DNA from: Pseudogymnoascus verrucosus
Taxonomy: Eukaryota
DNA length: 64,000 nucleotides
Assembly (NCBI GenBank): GCA_001662655.1
Contig: KV460213.1
Direction: 5' to 3' (one strand)
The position numbers were made by a program, and so were the translations under genes. Under the pieces are notes generated by a model. The model was not told where the DNA came from. It was given only the letters and a program-made list of their open reading frames with translations, and did no database searches. This document shows positions 1 to 13,100 of this stretch, piece by piece (positions within the stretch are counted from its first letter, which is position 1; every line of letters starts with the position of its first letter).

Positions 1-661
1 CTCGAGCTCTCCTTCTTCAGCTCCGCGACCTGCTCCTCCAGCTCCTTAACATGTCGCTCCTTGCGCTCGCGGAATGCGCGTTGTCTGTGTCCGGACGACT
101 TGTCAGTACGATTCGAGCTCACCCACTCCTCGGCATTGAGCGCGGGGGGGTGTAGGTGGGTAGGGCGGGGTGAGTTGCTTACGCAGCGCGATTCTGAGCC
201 TTCCGCCGGGACTGCGCGGGTGTCATATCCTCATCATCACTATTACTCGCCTGTCGCTGCTCCGAATTGAGCGTCTCGGAGCCGCCATCATGGCTATCGT
301 TTGTGTTCCCGCCAGAGGACTGGTGCTGAGATTGCGGGGTCGGGGGTTGCGCTGCTCCGTGCGCATCGAAGTGATTGTAAGCGTCGAAAGTTTGGAACTG
401 CTCGAACGCCTCCTTGGGTAAACTGTCAGCGTGGCCCTATCCATCACATAGAGGGAGGATACTAACCGGTGGCGAGCCGTTGCCAAAGTCGTCGCCATTG
501 ATGTTTGAGCGGGAGGGCGTGGGTGGGAGGCCCATGAATTGGTACGGCTGCGGGTTCGCATTCGCATAGTAGTTGTAGTCCATGTTTGGTGGGAACTGGA
601 GGTGGCCGTTCAGCACCTTTGCTTTGTTGTCGTCGTAGCCTGCCATGTTTCCCATGTCCAC
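1..661 (-). CDS. Yap/AP-1-like bZIP transcription factor (Fcr3/RsmA-like), 3' end beyond window
   Basis: Spliced exons 661-467, 412-183 and 84-<1 give ...SRRKAQNRAAQRAFRERKERHVKELEEQVAELKKE, a Yap-type basic region and zipper start; GT..AG introns. Confidence 0.85.
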
Positions 662-1384
662 GGCGTAGGTGTGTAATCTCTTGATGAAGGCTTAGTTGTC
701 CGTATGGGGTGAGGTTTCGGCGAGATTTCTGTCGGTGTGGGTGGTGGTCCTGATCGATCGGGGCTTAAATCAAGGCGCCTACACGCCGACAAAACCTCTC
801 TTGGTTATTGGGCGAACCAGAACTTAAGGACGGCAGTCCAGAATACGGGATGTGCAACCTCTTATTCAGCCTATTCACAGGTCTATAATACAAGAAATAT
901 ACACTCTTTCTCTGTAGATCGGGGATTTAGATGCTGACATATACTTATTTCGTGGGGAAGCTCCACCAAGATACCAGATACAGTACCGCTATTCAGCACA
1001 GATACTAAACCGTCCCGCCCCAACGGCGGGTTACGGGTTACGGCATAAATGAATGTTTGTCATGTTTGAGGCGCAGCAACACACACAATAGAGCATCATT
1101 CAAGCAACAAGCAATTAACACTTTCAAAAAGTCTGGGTATTAATATTTCCTCCTATTAGTCCACCACCGTCCACCATTCCTCATCGCATAGTCGTAAAAA
1201 AGTGCATAAACCCATAGTTCCGTGCCGGCAACCAGAAAATCCTATCTCATGCCTTGCCTCGGTGGCCGAACACTTATCCAATCTGTAGTCTTACATGCTT
1301 CATCAACACAATACAGCCGCCGCATTGCCAATCATAACCAGCTCTCTATACAATCTTTGCATAACTGGCCCCCTCGCCCCCTCT

Positions 1385-2742
1385 CTACGACTGCTTCTTC
1401 AGCTCGTCGCCCTCATGATAGGGGTGCTTGATGGTAAGGCACCAGATATCAAGGTAATCGCAAATAGTGACAATCACATCAACCTGCACACAGATTAGTA
1501 CACCATCCTCCGCCAAGAAACCCCCACCAGAGAGAGTGAAAAAAAACTTACCACAAAGCTTCCATAAACCCCAATAGCACACCCAAGCATACAGAACAGA
1601 TACGCAACCTGGTACACCCCATCGCCCAGCGCGCTCGGCCACCCAACCCCAACATGCTCCTGCAGCACCGGTCCCAGCGAGTCAAACACCCCATACGCCA
1701 GCGGCAGTATCAGCACATTGTAGTACGGGAAGTCCAACTGCACCAAGTGCGCTGTGATCATCTGCCCGACGGAGTACGCATTCACCAGCCCAGCGAAGAA
1801 GACGAACGGCACGAGATGCTCGTTCAAGATCACCGGCTGCAGATACAGGTACGTCGGGATAAGCGTCCACGTCACAAAAAAGGGGATCAGTCCCAGCAGC
1901 GCGACGCGCGATCGCTGTCCGCGCTCCCGACGAATACGGACGACGTTCTGGGCGGCTGAGATGGTGTTGTAGGTTAGCACCAGCCCGCCTTGGACCATGT
2001 ACCACTCGTCCCAGTGCATGTTATAGATGATATCCGGGATGAAAGCGTACTTGGGGACGTGCAGCGCGGCAAACGTGGATTGTTGCCAGAAGCTGCCGCC
2101 GCCAACGTAGCCGGTGAATGCGTAGACGAGGCAGAGCATGACGAGGCCTTCGACGGGGCCGGAGACGAGGCCGAGTGTTAGGGTCTTGGTGTGGTACTCG
2201 TCCCAGGTTTGGACGTAGAAGGTTAGGAGAGCTGGGGTGGGAGGTTAGATAAATTGTAGAGATAAGGGGGGTGGGGGGGGAGAAGGCTTACATCCAAAGA
2301 GAACCATGACAGTCTTCCATCCCATCCCGAGATTCTGGCTCGCGGCGAAAACGAGAACTTCAAGACTGGTATTCACCGCGTCGACACCATGATCGAACAG
2401 CTCCCCCAACGGCCCGCTCTGCCTCGTGCGCCGTGCCTGCGTCCCATCAACCGCATCGAACGTCTGGTATAGGAACAACCCAACCGCCCACGAATAATAC
2501 ACCCAGCTCGGACAGTCCTGGTCGAGACTCGGCGTGTACCACAGCAGCGTCAGGACATTAACCACCACGAACGAAAACCCCGTCAGCGTGATCAGGTTTG
2601 GCGCCATCCATAGCGGGAAGCACTTGATGACGAAGTTGGTGTAGAAGGGCTTGAGGACGTAGCGCGAGAGGAGCGAGTGGTCTACGCCGTTGTACTTGTA
2701 TTTCTTGAGGCCGGGAAGCTTTTCCTGGCGCACGTACACCAT
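1385..2742 (-). CDS. EPT1: CDP-alcohol phosphatidyltransferase (choline/ethanolamine phosphotransferase)
   Basis: Motif FDAVDGTQARRTRQSGPLGELFDHGVD; N-terminal YKYNGVDHSLLS; C-terminal ICDYLDIWCLTIK; ORF pieces joined by 2 introns. Confidence 0.9.
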
Positions 2743-3481
2743 CTTGCAGGTATGGGACGGGGTTTAAGCCGTGGTACGATAGGGGAGGGCGATGTGGATG
2801 TTGAGGGGACGTTGGTTAGGGGGGGAGGGGAGAAAGCGCGTTCTGTTGACGACCTCGAGAGGTTTTTGTTTAATTTCTTGGAGACAGGTACGTCACTGTA
2901 CAGGGTCCTTGGTGGCTCTTGACCCACTCTCCAGGTCCAAGACTCGATCGATATCATTTTCTTGGAAGCTTTACCTTTTTGCCAACAAAGTAAATAGAAA
3001 CAATACTTTTAGATCAAGTTCCCCTTTTTGTATATTAGAATTTACATATATGCCCATTGTACATATACGAACGATAAAGGCATAAACACTCAGCACGCCT
3101 GTAGTTTCACAACTTCAAACCCCGTGTCATTGCTACATGCGGAAATTCCTCACCATGCACGTTTAATTTCTTTGGTCAACATCTAACAAAGCCAATATAA
3201 CCTTTTGTGACCCCCTAGACCAGCCGCATGCGGCCACCCGTCACCCATCAATCCAATCTGCCACCCCCCGGCGCTCAGACCCTATCCATTCTCACATCGT
3301 ACCCCTATAGTCATCCCCATTCCATATAAGACATAAAAACATCAAATTCGCTATCTACTCCATCCATCCATCCCTCCATCCGATTCAATCCCATTCCACC
3401 CCACCTCTCCAGGCTCACCTCCCATTACGAGAGAGCCCAAAAAAATCTAGACCCCCCTTCTTTTCCACCCCCACGCCGGGT

Positions 3482-6407
3482 TTAAGCCACACTCCCAATA
3501 ACCAGCGCCGCGACGCCCTCCTCCTCGGCGCGCACCGTCAGCTTCGAAGTCACGCCCGACTTAGTCGAGTACGCCATCCTGATATTCGCCACGACGCGTC
3601 CGCCCGTGACGGTCTTGCCGAACAGCTTGAGGGTGTGCGTGGTGGTGTTGACGGGGACGTCTGTGCCGTCGAGGGGTTGGAGGGAGAGGGTGCGTGTGAG
3701 TTGTTCGGTTGCGTCTGTTGTTTTGTTAGTTTCTCTTTCTCTCTCATAGATAGATAGGTGTAAGGGGTTTTGGTGGAAGGGGAGATAAACATACCAGCAA
3801 TACTCTTAACCCCACTAAACTGCAGCGTCTCCTCCTCCTCCTCCCCCGCCGCGCCCACCTGCTCCCAGATATGATTAAAGTTCCCCGCAAACGCCGGCGT
3901 CACATAATCCGTGCCCGTCAGCTCCAGATCCTCAACCTGGTACTCATCATCGTAACCCGTCTCCTCCGGCTCGCCGTTCGTGGGATCAATCTCCTTGGAC
4001 GTGAACTTGAGAATATTCGTAAAGCTGCTAGCCACGAACGCACTCTCCCCCGCCACCTTCCTGAACGACACGTAGACCGTGCCAGGCTCGTCCGTAACCA
4101 GCTTTGGCGCGGGGATAATGAAGTCCTCCTCCAGCTCGTCCTCATCCGAGGGCGTAGCCAGGACAGATACCTCTTCCAAAACCGTGTCGGGGAGCGTATT
4201 CTTGATCTCGTATTGTAAGACGATGTGCTCCTTGAAGATGTGCTTGATGACTCCAACAACGTATTCCGTCTCCGACTCCGTCAGCTCAACAACAGGCGAC
4301 GACTTGAGCAGCGGGCCGTAGCTCTTCATCTCCGGGATAGCAAGAAGCTGTTGCGAGTACTTCTGCGCCGCCTCCGTCGCCGACGCCAGAGCCTCCGCAC
4401 CAGACGGCGCGGTCTTCGTCGGTCCGGCCTTGGGCGCCTTGAGCGTCGGCGTCGCGGTGGTGAGTTTCTTAGTGCGATCTTCCGCATCGGCCTGCTCCTT
4501 GGTGACGACGGGGATGGTGGAGACGTCGAAGGGGTTATCGAATACCGACTTATCCTCCGCTGTCACGTACATCACAAGCTGGTGCTCAAAGTACGGTAAC
4601 GAGAACATATTCTCGTTCTTGATGAAGCGGTCCGCCATCTCGTCCGGCTCGGTCATAAGACGCAGGTTGAGCGCAGCGCGATCGCGGACCTCGTCGTCGA
4701 CGTCGTCTAGGCAGCGGGTAAGTAGAACTGTGACACTGCGCTTGACTTCTGGGTCCTTCTGTCCGACGCCGAACTTGGCTAGGGCCGTAACGGCAGCAGC
4801 GCGCACCACGGCGTTCTCAAGGACGACGCGGTTGTAGATGTAGCGGATGTACTTTGTCGGCTGGGAAGTCTTGGGACCCTCCAATCCGAGTAAGTGCAGG
4901 ATACGGACAGCTAGCTTCGTGAACTCGCAGTCCTCGATGAACTCGCAGAGGTGCGCAAGAGCATCCTCCTTCGACTCAGGGACGAACTTGATGAGGTCGA
5001 ACATACTCTCCACCACCGCACGCTTGAACTCATATCCGCCCTCATCGCGGAGGATGCCACTGAGGAAAGCAAGCATACCCGCCTGCTTATTCGGGAACTT
5101 CAAGCAGAGCGTGCGAATCGCCTCCACAATGGTAATCTTGAACTCATCCGTAATCTCCGACATGAACCCCGAGATCTGCTTCATCAACCTATCCACACTC
5201 GCCTCATTCCCCGTCTTCAGCAGCGTCGTAATAGCAAACGTCGCAATCGACCTATTGCTATTCGAGATAAGCAGCTCGATATCCGGGTTACACGGGTTAA
5301 CCGCCTGCGGCTTGAACGTCGCAAAGTTATGCAGAATGCGAATAGCCGCAAATTTCGTGACGGCCCTTGGCGAGGTGAGGAAAAGCTGTAACACATGAAT
5401 CGCCTGGATGCACTCCGCATCCGTAACATCACGCATATCGCAGATGGCCTTCGCAGCCTCGAAATTCACCATCTCGCTCTTATGCCTCAGCCACCCATCA
5501 AGCAGCACCATCATCGGCTTCCTCAGCGCCGGGTCCTCCTCCGCAAGCTGCGCAGCAAGACGAACCAGCATCACGATCGCAGCCTGGTTCTTGACCGCGC
5601 CCGCTACGCCAAACTGCTGCACCATCTTCACCAGCGCCATGCGGTCGTGAACGCGCATCTGGTACAGGAGGCCAATAGCATGGTACTGCGTCATGGTCGA
5701 GTTATTAACCGGCATCGCGGAAGCGGAGGAGCTGAAGCCCAGCGAGAATCCGCCGGACGACTTGGTCGTCGCTGCTGCCTCCTGAGTCTCGGATTGCCAG
5801 CGCCGCACGACGTCGCGGGCGATGGGGAGGAGGTGGTATGAGGAGACGAGTGCGGCGGCTGAGACGGAGGGGTTCTTATCGACGATTGCGGTCTTCATGA
5901 CTCGCTCGATGCTCTGGACTGTTGTGGAGTCGATGATGCGGCAGAGAGCTCTGATGGCGTTAGGGCGGTAGATGGCGTCTGTGCCGCCGCCGGTGTCCTT
6001 CATGACTGTGCTGGTGACCATGATGATGTCCTCGGCGGAGTTGGCGAGCTCCTTGATGACGAGGAGCACCATCTGGCGGAGACTGGCATCTTTGTTCTGG
6101 AAGAGCTTTGAGATGCCGAAGAAGAGCGTCGTAGCTTCGTTGGTGGGGAACTTCTCCCCCGTGTAGAGGAGGAGGGCGATCTTGGTCAGGAGGATTCGAC
6201 ATCTTCGCGGTTGGATGGGAGAGGAATTGAATAATCGTGCTGCGTGCGGCGGACAGTTGGTTAGCTAAAGGGGAAGAGCTCTCGGGGGGGTGTGTTCGAG
6301 GGGGGGGCTAAGCTCAAGCTGTCTTCCTCACCTTCTTGGAAGACGGAGGTGCGGTCCACCTTCATGAGGGCCTGGTCTCCATCTTCGTCTTTCTTGCTGT
6401 AACTCAT
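3482..6407 (-). CDS. SEC21: Coatomer subunit gamma (gamma-COP)
   Basis: MSYSKKDED...VDRTSVFQE start; conserved HLCEFIEDCEF and YIRYIYNRVVLEN motifs; appendage domain; introns ~6331-6240 and ~3795-3715. Confidence 0.95.
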
Positions 6408-6637
6408 GATGATGAGGTATGCTCCCCAGCGTCACGAATTGGCAAGTTTAGAGGGGTGTGTGAGGCGCCGTAAACTTGCGGAAATGGTCTGGCGGTATGG
6501 GCCGCCCTGGAATGTCGCGACGTCGCCAGTATCCAGTGGGCCACCCATAATTAGGCGAGGAACTCTTGGCATTTGGAGCTCTGGTTTTGTATGATGAATG
6601 TGTACTACAAATAGGCTCGTCTCTTTAAGATTATCCC

Positions 6638-6718
6638 TCCGGTATAGTGTAGGGGTTAACATAACCCGCTTTCAAATTTGGAGCCGGGTAGCCCCGGGTT
6701 CGATTCCCGGTACCGGAA
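6638..6718 (+). tRNA. tRNA-Glu(TTC) with 9-nt intron
   Basis: Acceptor stem TCCGGTA/TACCGGA, anticodon stem ACCCG/CGGGT, TTC at 6671-6673, intron 6675-6683, T-arm GGTTCGATTCC, downstream T-run; 72 nt after splicing. Confidence 0.92.
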
Positions 6719-8501
6719 TTATTCTTTTTTTTGCCTTTTTGATATAATTATATTTTTCTCATTCATCTGAAATTCATCATGGTCTGGTTTACCTTCTTTT
6801 CTAGCTACTACGCTACTTATATCTTGTTTTGGTATATCAATGCTTGTTTGTAGAGGTACGTAAATCAGCTTTTTTGATCCCACAATTCTAATAATCTATA
6901 AAAACCATCGGTCTAGAAAATACCCCTATTACAAAATATATATACACCTTATAATTATTTTAAAAACCAAGTACTTTAGCTAATAATTTACCATTAAAAT
7001 ATCCCCTTGTCTATCTTTCCCCTACACCCTACTATTACCCTGAGGTGACAATGATACCCCGATTAATCACACATCAGAATGAAGGGAACATGTCACAAAT
7101 GGTATGCGTCACACATCACATCACGCCACATCAATATCACATGCATCAAAACCACACACAAGTCAACAATAAAAACAATAAAAAGTATAAAAGCAATTTT
7201 TCAATTCAGCCACACCCAGAACCGTCAAGCAGTAGACAAACACACAGCGCCGCCACCCTCCCCCCCTTAAAAAAAGGAAGGAAGGCAACCACGCTTGCGC
7301 GACCCGCTCTCCAGCCCCAGGTCCAACAAATAACCCCTCCCTTCCCCTTCATCCTCTCGGAAAAGCATAATGGAAGTAGAGTAGCGTGTGTGCAAAAAAA
7401 ATATTCCCTGACAGAGCATTGATTGATTGATAGTTGCAAAAAGTCGCGAAGGGAAAAAGAAGAAAGCCAGTCGAGACAAGAAGGGCCATTATCAATCGAC
7501 TCTACACGCCAACCCGCCTCTATCCTACTCCCCCCCCCCTGGCGCCCCCCGCGCTACCCTCTCCCTTGCACCTGCCTCTCCTCCCTGATCGAAAACATAA
7601 AATGAATGGCTAGCTAAGGAAACGTTGTGCATGACCAAATAAAAAAGCAAAACAAATAAAGAGACCTCCCCACAAGCCGGCTGCCATTCCAGTAAATATC
7701 CGCGCTTTCCCCTCTTGATATTGACAAGCTCCACATATCCATATGTTCAAGTGAGTGGTGGGGGTTTGGAATGAGACAAGACGTAGGGTGGCGTGAATGA
7801 CAGTGTTGCTCCCTGTTGAATGCACCCCTTTCCTGGACGAAGTTCTGCTTTCCGCTTCCGTCGTATTAAAGTCAAGGGGCGGGGGAGCGCCACGCTGGGA
7901 AATAACTATTCGCGCAAAAGAAATAAAAAACATGAAAGAATAAAAACGAAAACTGTTTCTGGTGGAAAGCTGGTCGGTAGCTGGCTGCGCATCCGTGGCC
8001 GGGGATTGACAATTGTTATGGTCGTGTGCGTGTGCCAGGTCTAGATCCGAGCTTCTCCTGATTTCTTGTTTACGTATCGTTATATCGATGGCCATTCAGT
8101 AATAATGAAGTCGATGTTGCTCCAGAGTAGGAGTCAACAGTAACAATGATTGTGTCATTGCGAGCTGATCTTCAAAGTTGCAGACGCCATCGAAGTGCCG
8201 TTCGAAAGCTTGAAACTCATGGGGCCCAGTTCGTCGTTGTTAATTGCCCTGCCAAGTGCAGGTAACGAGCGAGCCAATAGCCATGAAGTCCAAAACTGAC
8301 GAGACATGTAATAATCGATAAAGTCGAGCCTGAGCCGATTGCGAAACAAGACAATTCATAAGATATGAGTAGCGTGTGCGTGTAATCGAGCTGTTACACA
8401 GGCCACACCGTGACAAGCGAATGCTAGCCACGAGAGTGACTCTGGGCCAAGACAAAATATCTCGAATTTGAGTCGTATAGAGTGTCGTCCAACGAAAACT
8501 T

Positions 8502-10199
8502 TCAGTACCATTGCTGCGTAGACGGTTCATCTCTCTTTACTCGGTAAGTGGCAGGTGCGCCTAGACCAGTGCTAGTCACAACACCCTTGGAGGCGGAGCG
8601 AAGCCTATTTGCGGAGACTGTAGCGTCAGCCATCCAGTCAGCATAGTATTCCTCTCGCGGCTAGCGACAATAAAGCACCAAACGCGAAGGAAAGGAAAAA
8701 GATTCCTTACAAGGAACCGGATTCGGCAAAGTCACTCACATCCTATCACTCCCACCAACGGCTCGGTTCGTCTCGGGGGTATCGGCTCCGCTGGCGCCAC
8801 GCTCCATGACCTTGCGGCGGGTGGTAGAGATAGCCCCGGGCTTGGAAGCGGTAGATGCCTGCTGAGGCGTCGGCTGGCCTGCAGTTGCGGCATTAGTGCG
8901 AGTACGGTGCTGCTTCTCATCTTCCTCCGCACCTGGGGTGTTACCAGCCGCCTGGGCAATGGCCTGAGCATTCTTCTGGTACTTGTACACAGTCCAGTCG
9001 AAGACGTAATCGTACTGGAAACCCTCACGGACGAAGAGGTCACGGAAGATCTTTCGGAGGTAGGAGTAATCGGGCTTGTCGTCGAAGCGAAGGGACCTGG
9101 TGTAGTTGAGGTAGATGGCGAACTCGTTGGGGAATCCACGGCAGAGAACCTCAGTCGGGGTGGTCATCTTCTTCTCCATAATACGGTCGTACTTCTGCTT
9201 CTTGGTGGCAGCCTTGAGTCCCTGCCATGGGAGGGATCCACGGCAGAAGTAAAGCATAACGTATCCGAGGGACTCCATGTCGTCACGGCGAGACTGCTCT
9301 TGGAGGGGGTTAGAATTGGACAGTAAAAGGGTTTGGATATATACATACCGACACCAAGATGGGTGTTGATCGAAGCATAACGGGCAGTACCAGTCAAGTT
9401 CTTGTTCTCTCTGTATGGGATGTGGAAATGGGTCTTGGGGTCACGGTACTTCTTGGCCAGACCGAAATCGATAACGTTGACCTGGTTGCCACGCTTTCCA
9501 ATGCCCATGAGAAAGTTGTCGGGCTTGATATCACGATGGATGAAGGACTTGGCGTGGATATACTCGATACGCGAGATGAGCTGATCCGCGAGGAGCAGGA
9601 CGGTCTTCAGCGAGAACTTGCGGTTGCAGAAGTTGAACAGGTCCTCCAGACTGGGACCGAGGAGATCCAGAACCATGGCATTGTAGTCACACTCTGTCCC
9701 GAACCAGCGCACGAAGGGGATTCCGACACCGCCGGCCAGGGACTTGTAGACACGAGCCTCATATTCGAGCTGGGGGTGCTTGGCCTTGACGCTCTCGAGC
9801 TTGATGGCGATCTCCTCGCCGGAGATGATGTTGGTGCCGAGATAGATGTCACCGAAGCTGCCGCTTCCGATCTTACGGCCGATGCGGTACTTATTACCTA
9901 CACGGAGATCCTATTGCACACACACCACAGGTTAGCCATCAGTCCACCAGTATGAGGAGATATAACACGTGTTGCAGCGAGCAGAAGAGAAGCACGACTG
10001 GGTCAGAGTCACGGTGAGGGTTTTGCCGTGTGCCTTCCTGAGAGGCAGAGAGCAAAGACACCACCACCGGCTGTGCAGCTCCGAGCCAGGCCCCACGTAT
10101 CGGGAAGGATTATTGCCCGTTTGGAGGGTGAGGAAAGGGAGTATAAACCAGAGGGTTGGATTTCGACTTGGAAGCGGGTGGATTCACCATAGTAGCCAT
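8502..10199 (-). CDS. HRR25: Casein kinase I (Hrr25/Hhp1/CK-1a type)
   Basis: Micro-exon MATM (10199-10188), then [47 protein letters not shown]; last exon LRSASK...QQWY*. Confidence 0.95.
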
Positions 10200-13100
10200 T
10201 TTGAATAACTATGGACTCTGTTGTACCGGATCTCTAGATCCAATACGAGTCTCGATATGCTGTTGAGGTGGGTGAAGTCGTGGTTGACTCAACGCGCATG
10301 AGCTCGCGGCGGGGGGTTCTGGGTTGATGGAAGATGGTTGTGGTGTGTGTGTTTTTGACGGAAGGTGTGATGGGAAGGAAGGGAAGTATTGTATCGGGAG
10401 GAAGAAGTTTTGGAGTTAGACGAAGGGGTGATGTTGTTGATGATGATGTTGTGGGAGAGTGAGGACCTCTAGAGCCTCGTTTTGGGGAGAGGAAGCGGTG
10501 AGGTTGACGATGTCAAGAGTAGTAGTCGATGGTAAGCAGAGGAGGAGAGTTGGATGGAACTAGAGTAGTGTGGTTGTAGTGTAGTGTAGTGTGGTGGTGG
10601 GTGAGGGTAGTAGCGTGGATGAGGGATGGGAAGAGAAGAAAGGAAGCGGGCCTGTGGGTATTGGGATCTGGGTGGTGGTGGTGGTAGTTTCTGTAAGTGT
10701 GAAAGAGGTGGGTGGTGGGTTTAGTGGGTGGCTGTAGTGGGTGGGTTTATGAGTTTAGTGGTGAAAGGGTAAGTAAGCGGCGGAGTGACTTTTTTTAGTT
10801 TTTAGGTGGGCAGAGGCAAGAAGGGAGGAGAGGAGGCAGGCAAGAGGCAAGAAGGAGGCTGTTTTAGAGGCTCAGGCGGTGTTCAGGCGGTGCTCAGGCG
10901 GCAGGAGAATAGTGGAGAGTGGATCAGAAGCGAGGAGAGGAGAGAGGAGAGAGGGAACGGTGAATGTATAGTACTGTCTATGTCTATAGTACAGTTACAA
11001 ACCCGGGGCTGTATGGATGGATGGATGTAACCTGTAACGAACGAACAACAGGCTGTGAATTGTGAATGTGAGATGTGAGAGTTATCTTTGTGTGTCTGAT
11101 TGTATTTGTTCGGAGAGTTTGAAATGCTCCGTTGGCGGAATGATTCTTTGTGTATTACAGTATTGTGTGTGCAGTGTGCAGTACCATGTGTATAGCAGTA
11201 CTATGCGTATAGAGGATTGTATGAGCGGTAAGTAATAACAAAGAGACTGTAATGCTACTAATTACAGTAGTGAATCTAGAGATGTCCTTTATTCAGAAAG
11301 TACATACAATATACGATACATACGTACATACAATACAATACAGTAAAGTAAGAGGAGGTTTTTTCAGGATTATGCGGCAAACTATACATACACCCACCCA
11401 GTAGTACTATTACTATAGCACCTACCATGGCTAGTAGTATATGCCATCGCATGTACCACTACACCCAGTTCTCTAAGTACAGTTACATCCCTCCGCACAC
11501 CTCCCTCAGCACTCGCTCGTGTCGTCTAGTGTGTGGTTGAAAGGGCGAGAGCAATACCATCCCATCCATACAACACCACCCACCACACAGGGCCACCACG
11601 ATGATGATGTATGTTACAGCGGCAAGCTACGTACGTACGGGTGCGGCCATTCCCCTTCCCCTACTCCTGTCCTATACGGTCACGGTCATGACCATAGTCC
11701 CTTAACAGCCTCTCCCCTATCCCCTTTCATCTGTCACTGTCATCCCATCCCGTTCATGGCTTTGAGGTTACATATTTACCCTGAGATTGAAGGATGAAGG
11801 GGGAGCCTTAAAGCCTTGGAGCTAGCCTTGCCGGAGTACAAAGCGTGGCTCCCACGACTACGGCTACGGCTGCGATGGTTGGGAGGGCGTGGGTTAGGAG
11901 GGGGTATGTATAGCCTCAACCTAGGTAGGCTGGGTATGTATGCCATGCCATACGGTATGATGTCAGGGTATGTATAGCCTCAGCCTACTTCTACTTCCAT
12001 CAACATCACGGATATCTTCATACCTTGCATCTGGTCATTATACTGCTGTACTGCATGGCAGACATACTACATCACCTTGCAGGTTAGTAGGTACATACGA
12101 TATATACTTTCGATATATACTTCAATATATACTTTCCCATATGTCCCCATTTTGCCGTGACAGTAGTAGCAGTGTACTGTTTTAGACGCCGCCGCGTCCG
12201 CGTCCATACATACACACATAAGCAACCCATCCCATCATCAATCACGCCCATCGTGTAAACCAAAGGGCTCTCTCTACACACACCCGACGGCGGGTGGCTT
12301 ACACATCTCCCTCCCTCCTCCCTCCCTAACCCACGAACCTACCAAACCACCACCACCACCACTACTTCCTCACCTCCTCACATGAGGGAGCTCACATGAG
12401 GGAATAAAAACCCACCCATACCCGCCCATCAAACCCATCCCTCACAAACCCCCATCTCCCCCCCATCATCCGCGCCTCCCCCTCCCCAAGTACCGTACAC
12501 ATACCATACCATACCAAACCCAACCCCTCCCATTGGGCCCCGCCACCGCACCGCACCGCCGCACCCAACTCCCCCGGTGGGTGCGGTGCGTCTGAGCCCA
12601 GCTGGGCCTGTCTGTCTGGCTGGGTGGTTAGCCAGCTGGGTCTGGGTCTACCGAGGGGTGGTCTCAAGTATGCGTCCTCGTCCTGTCCGCGCCTCCGTCG
12701 GTGATGCGTGGCGGTGCGGTGGTGGCGAACGGAGATGCCGTATATGATGTACGCGGCGGCGGCGGTGCCGTGGGTAGGACTTTTTTTACAGAAAAAAAAA
12801 AGCTTATACACATACGTATAAACCCCTCGTGATTCTACAAATACCGAAAATCCGATCCGTCTATACGTACGTAACGTACAGTCATCAGTCATCCCCCATT
12901 CCCCTATCGTCGCTGTACCTCGAATTCCAAACCCCGAAACATCACCCTCCTCCGCACCCAGCCCCAACCCAACACAGAGACAAGGACACAGGAGAGACAA
13001 AGGCCGAAGACCCCACTCCGGCGGCCCGCTCGCTACGATCTAAAACCACCACTCACCTACCGTCCACTGAACGCAACCCCCTCCCACCGCACCGCACGCA

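Noticed and set aside
3871..5841. Plus-strand ORFs overlapping gamma-COP
   Set aside because: Antisense shadows of a GC3-rich coding sequence
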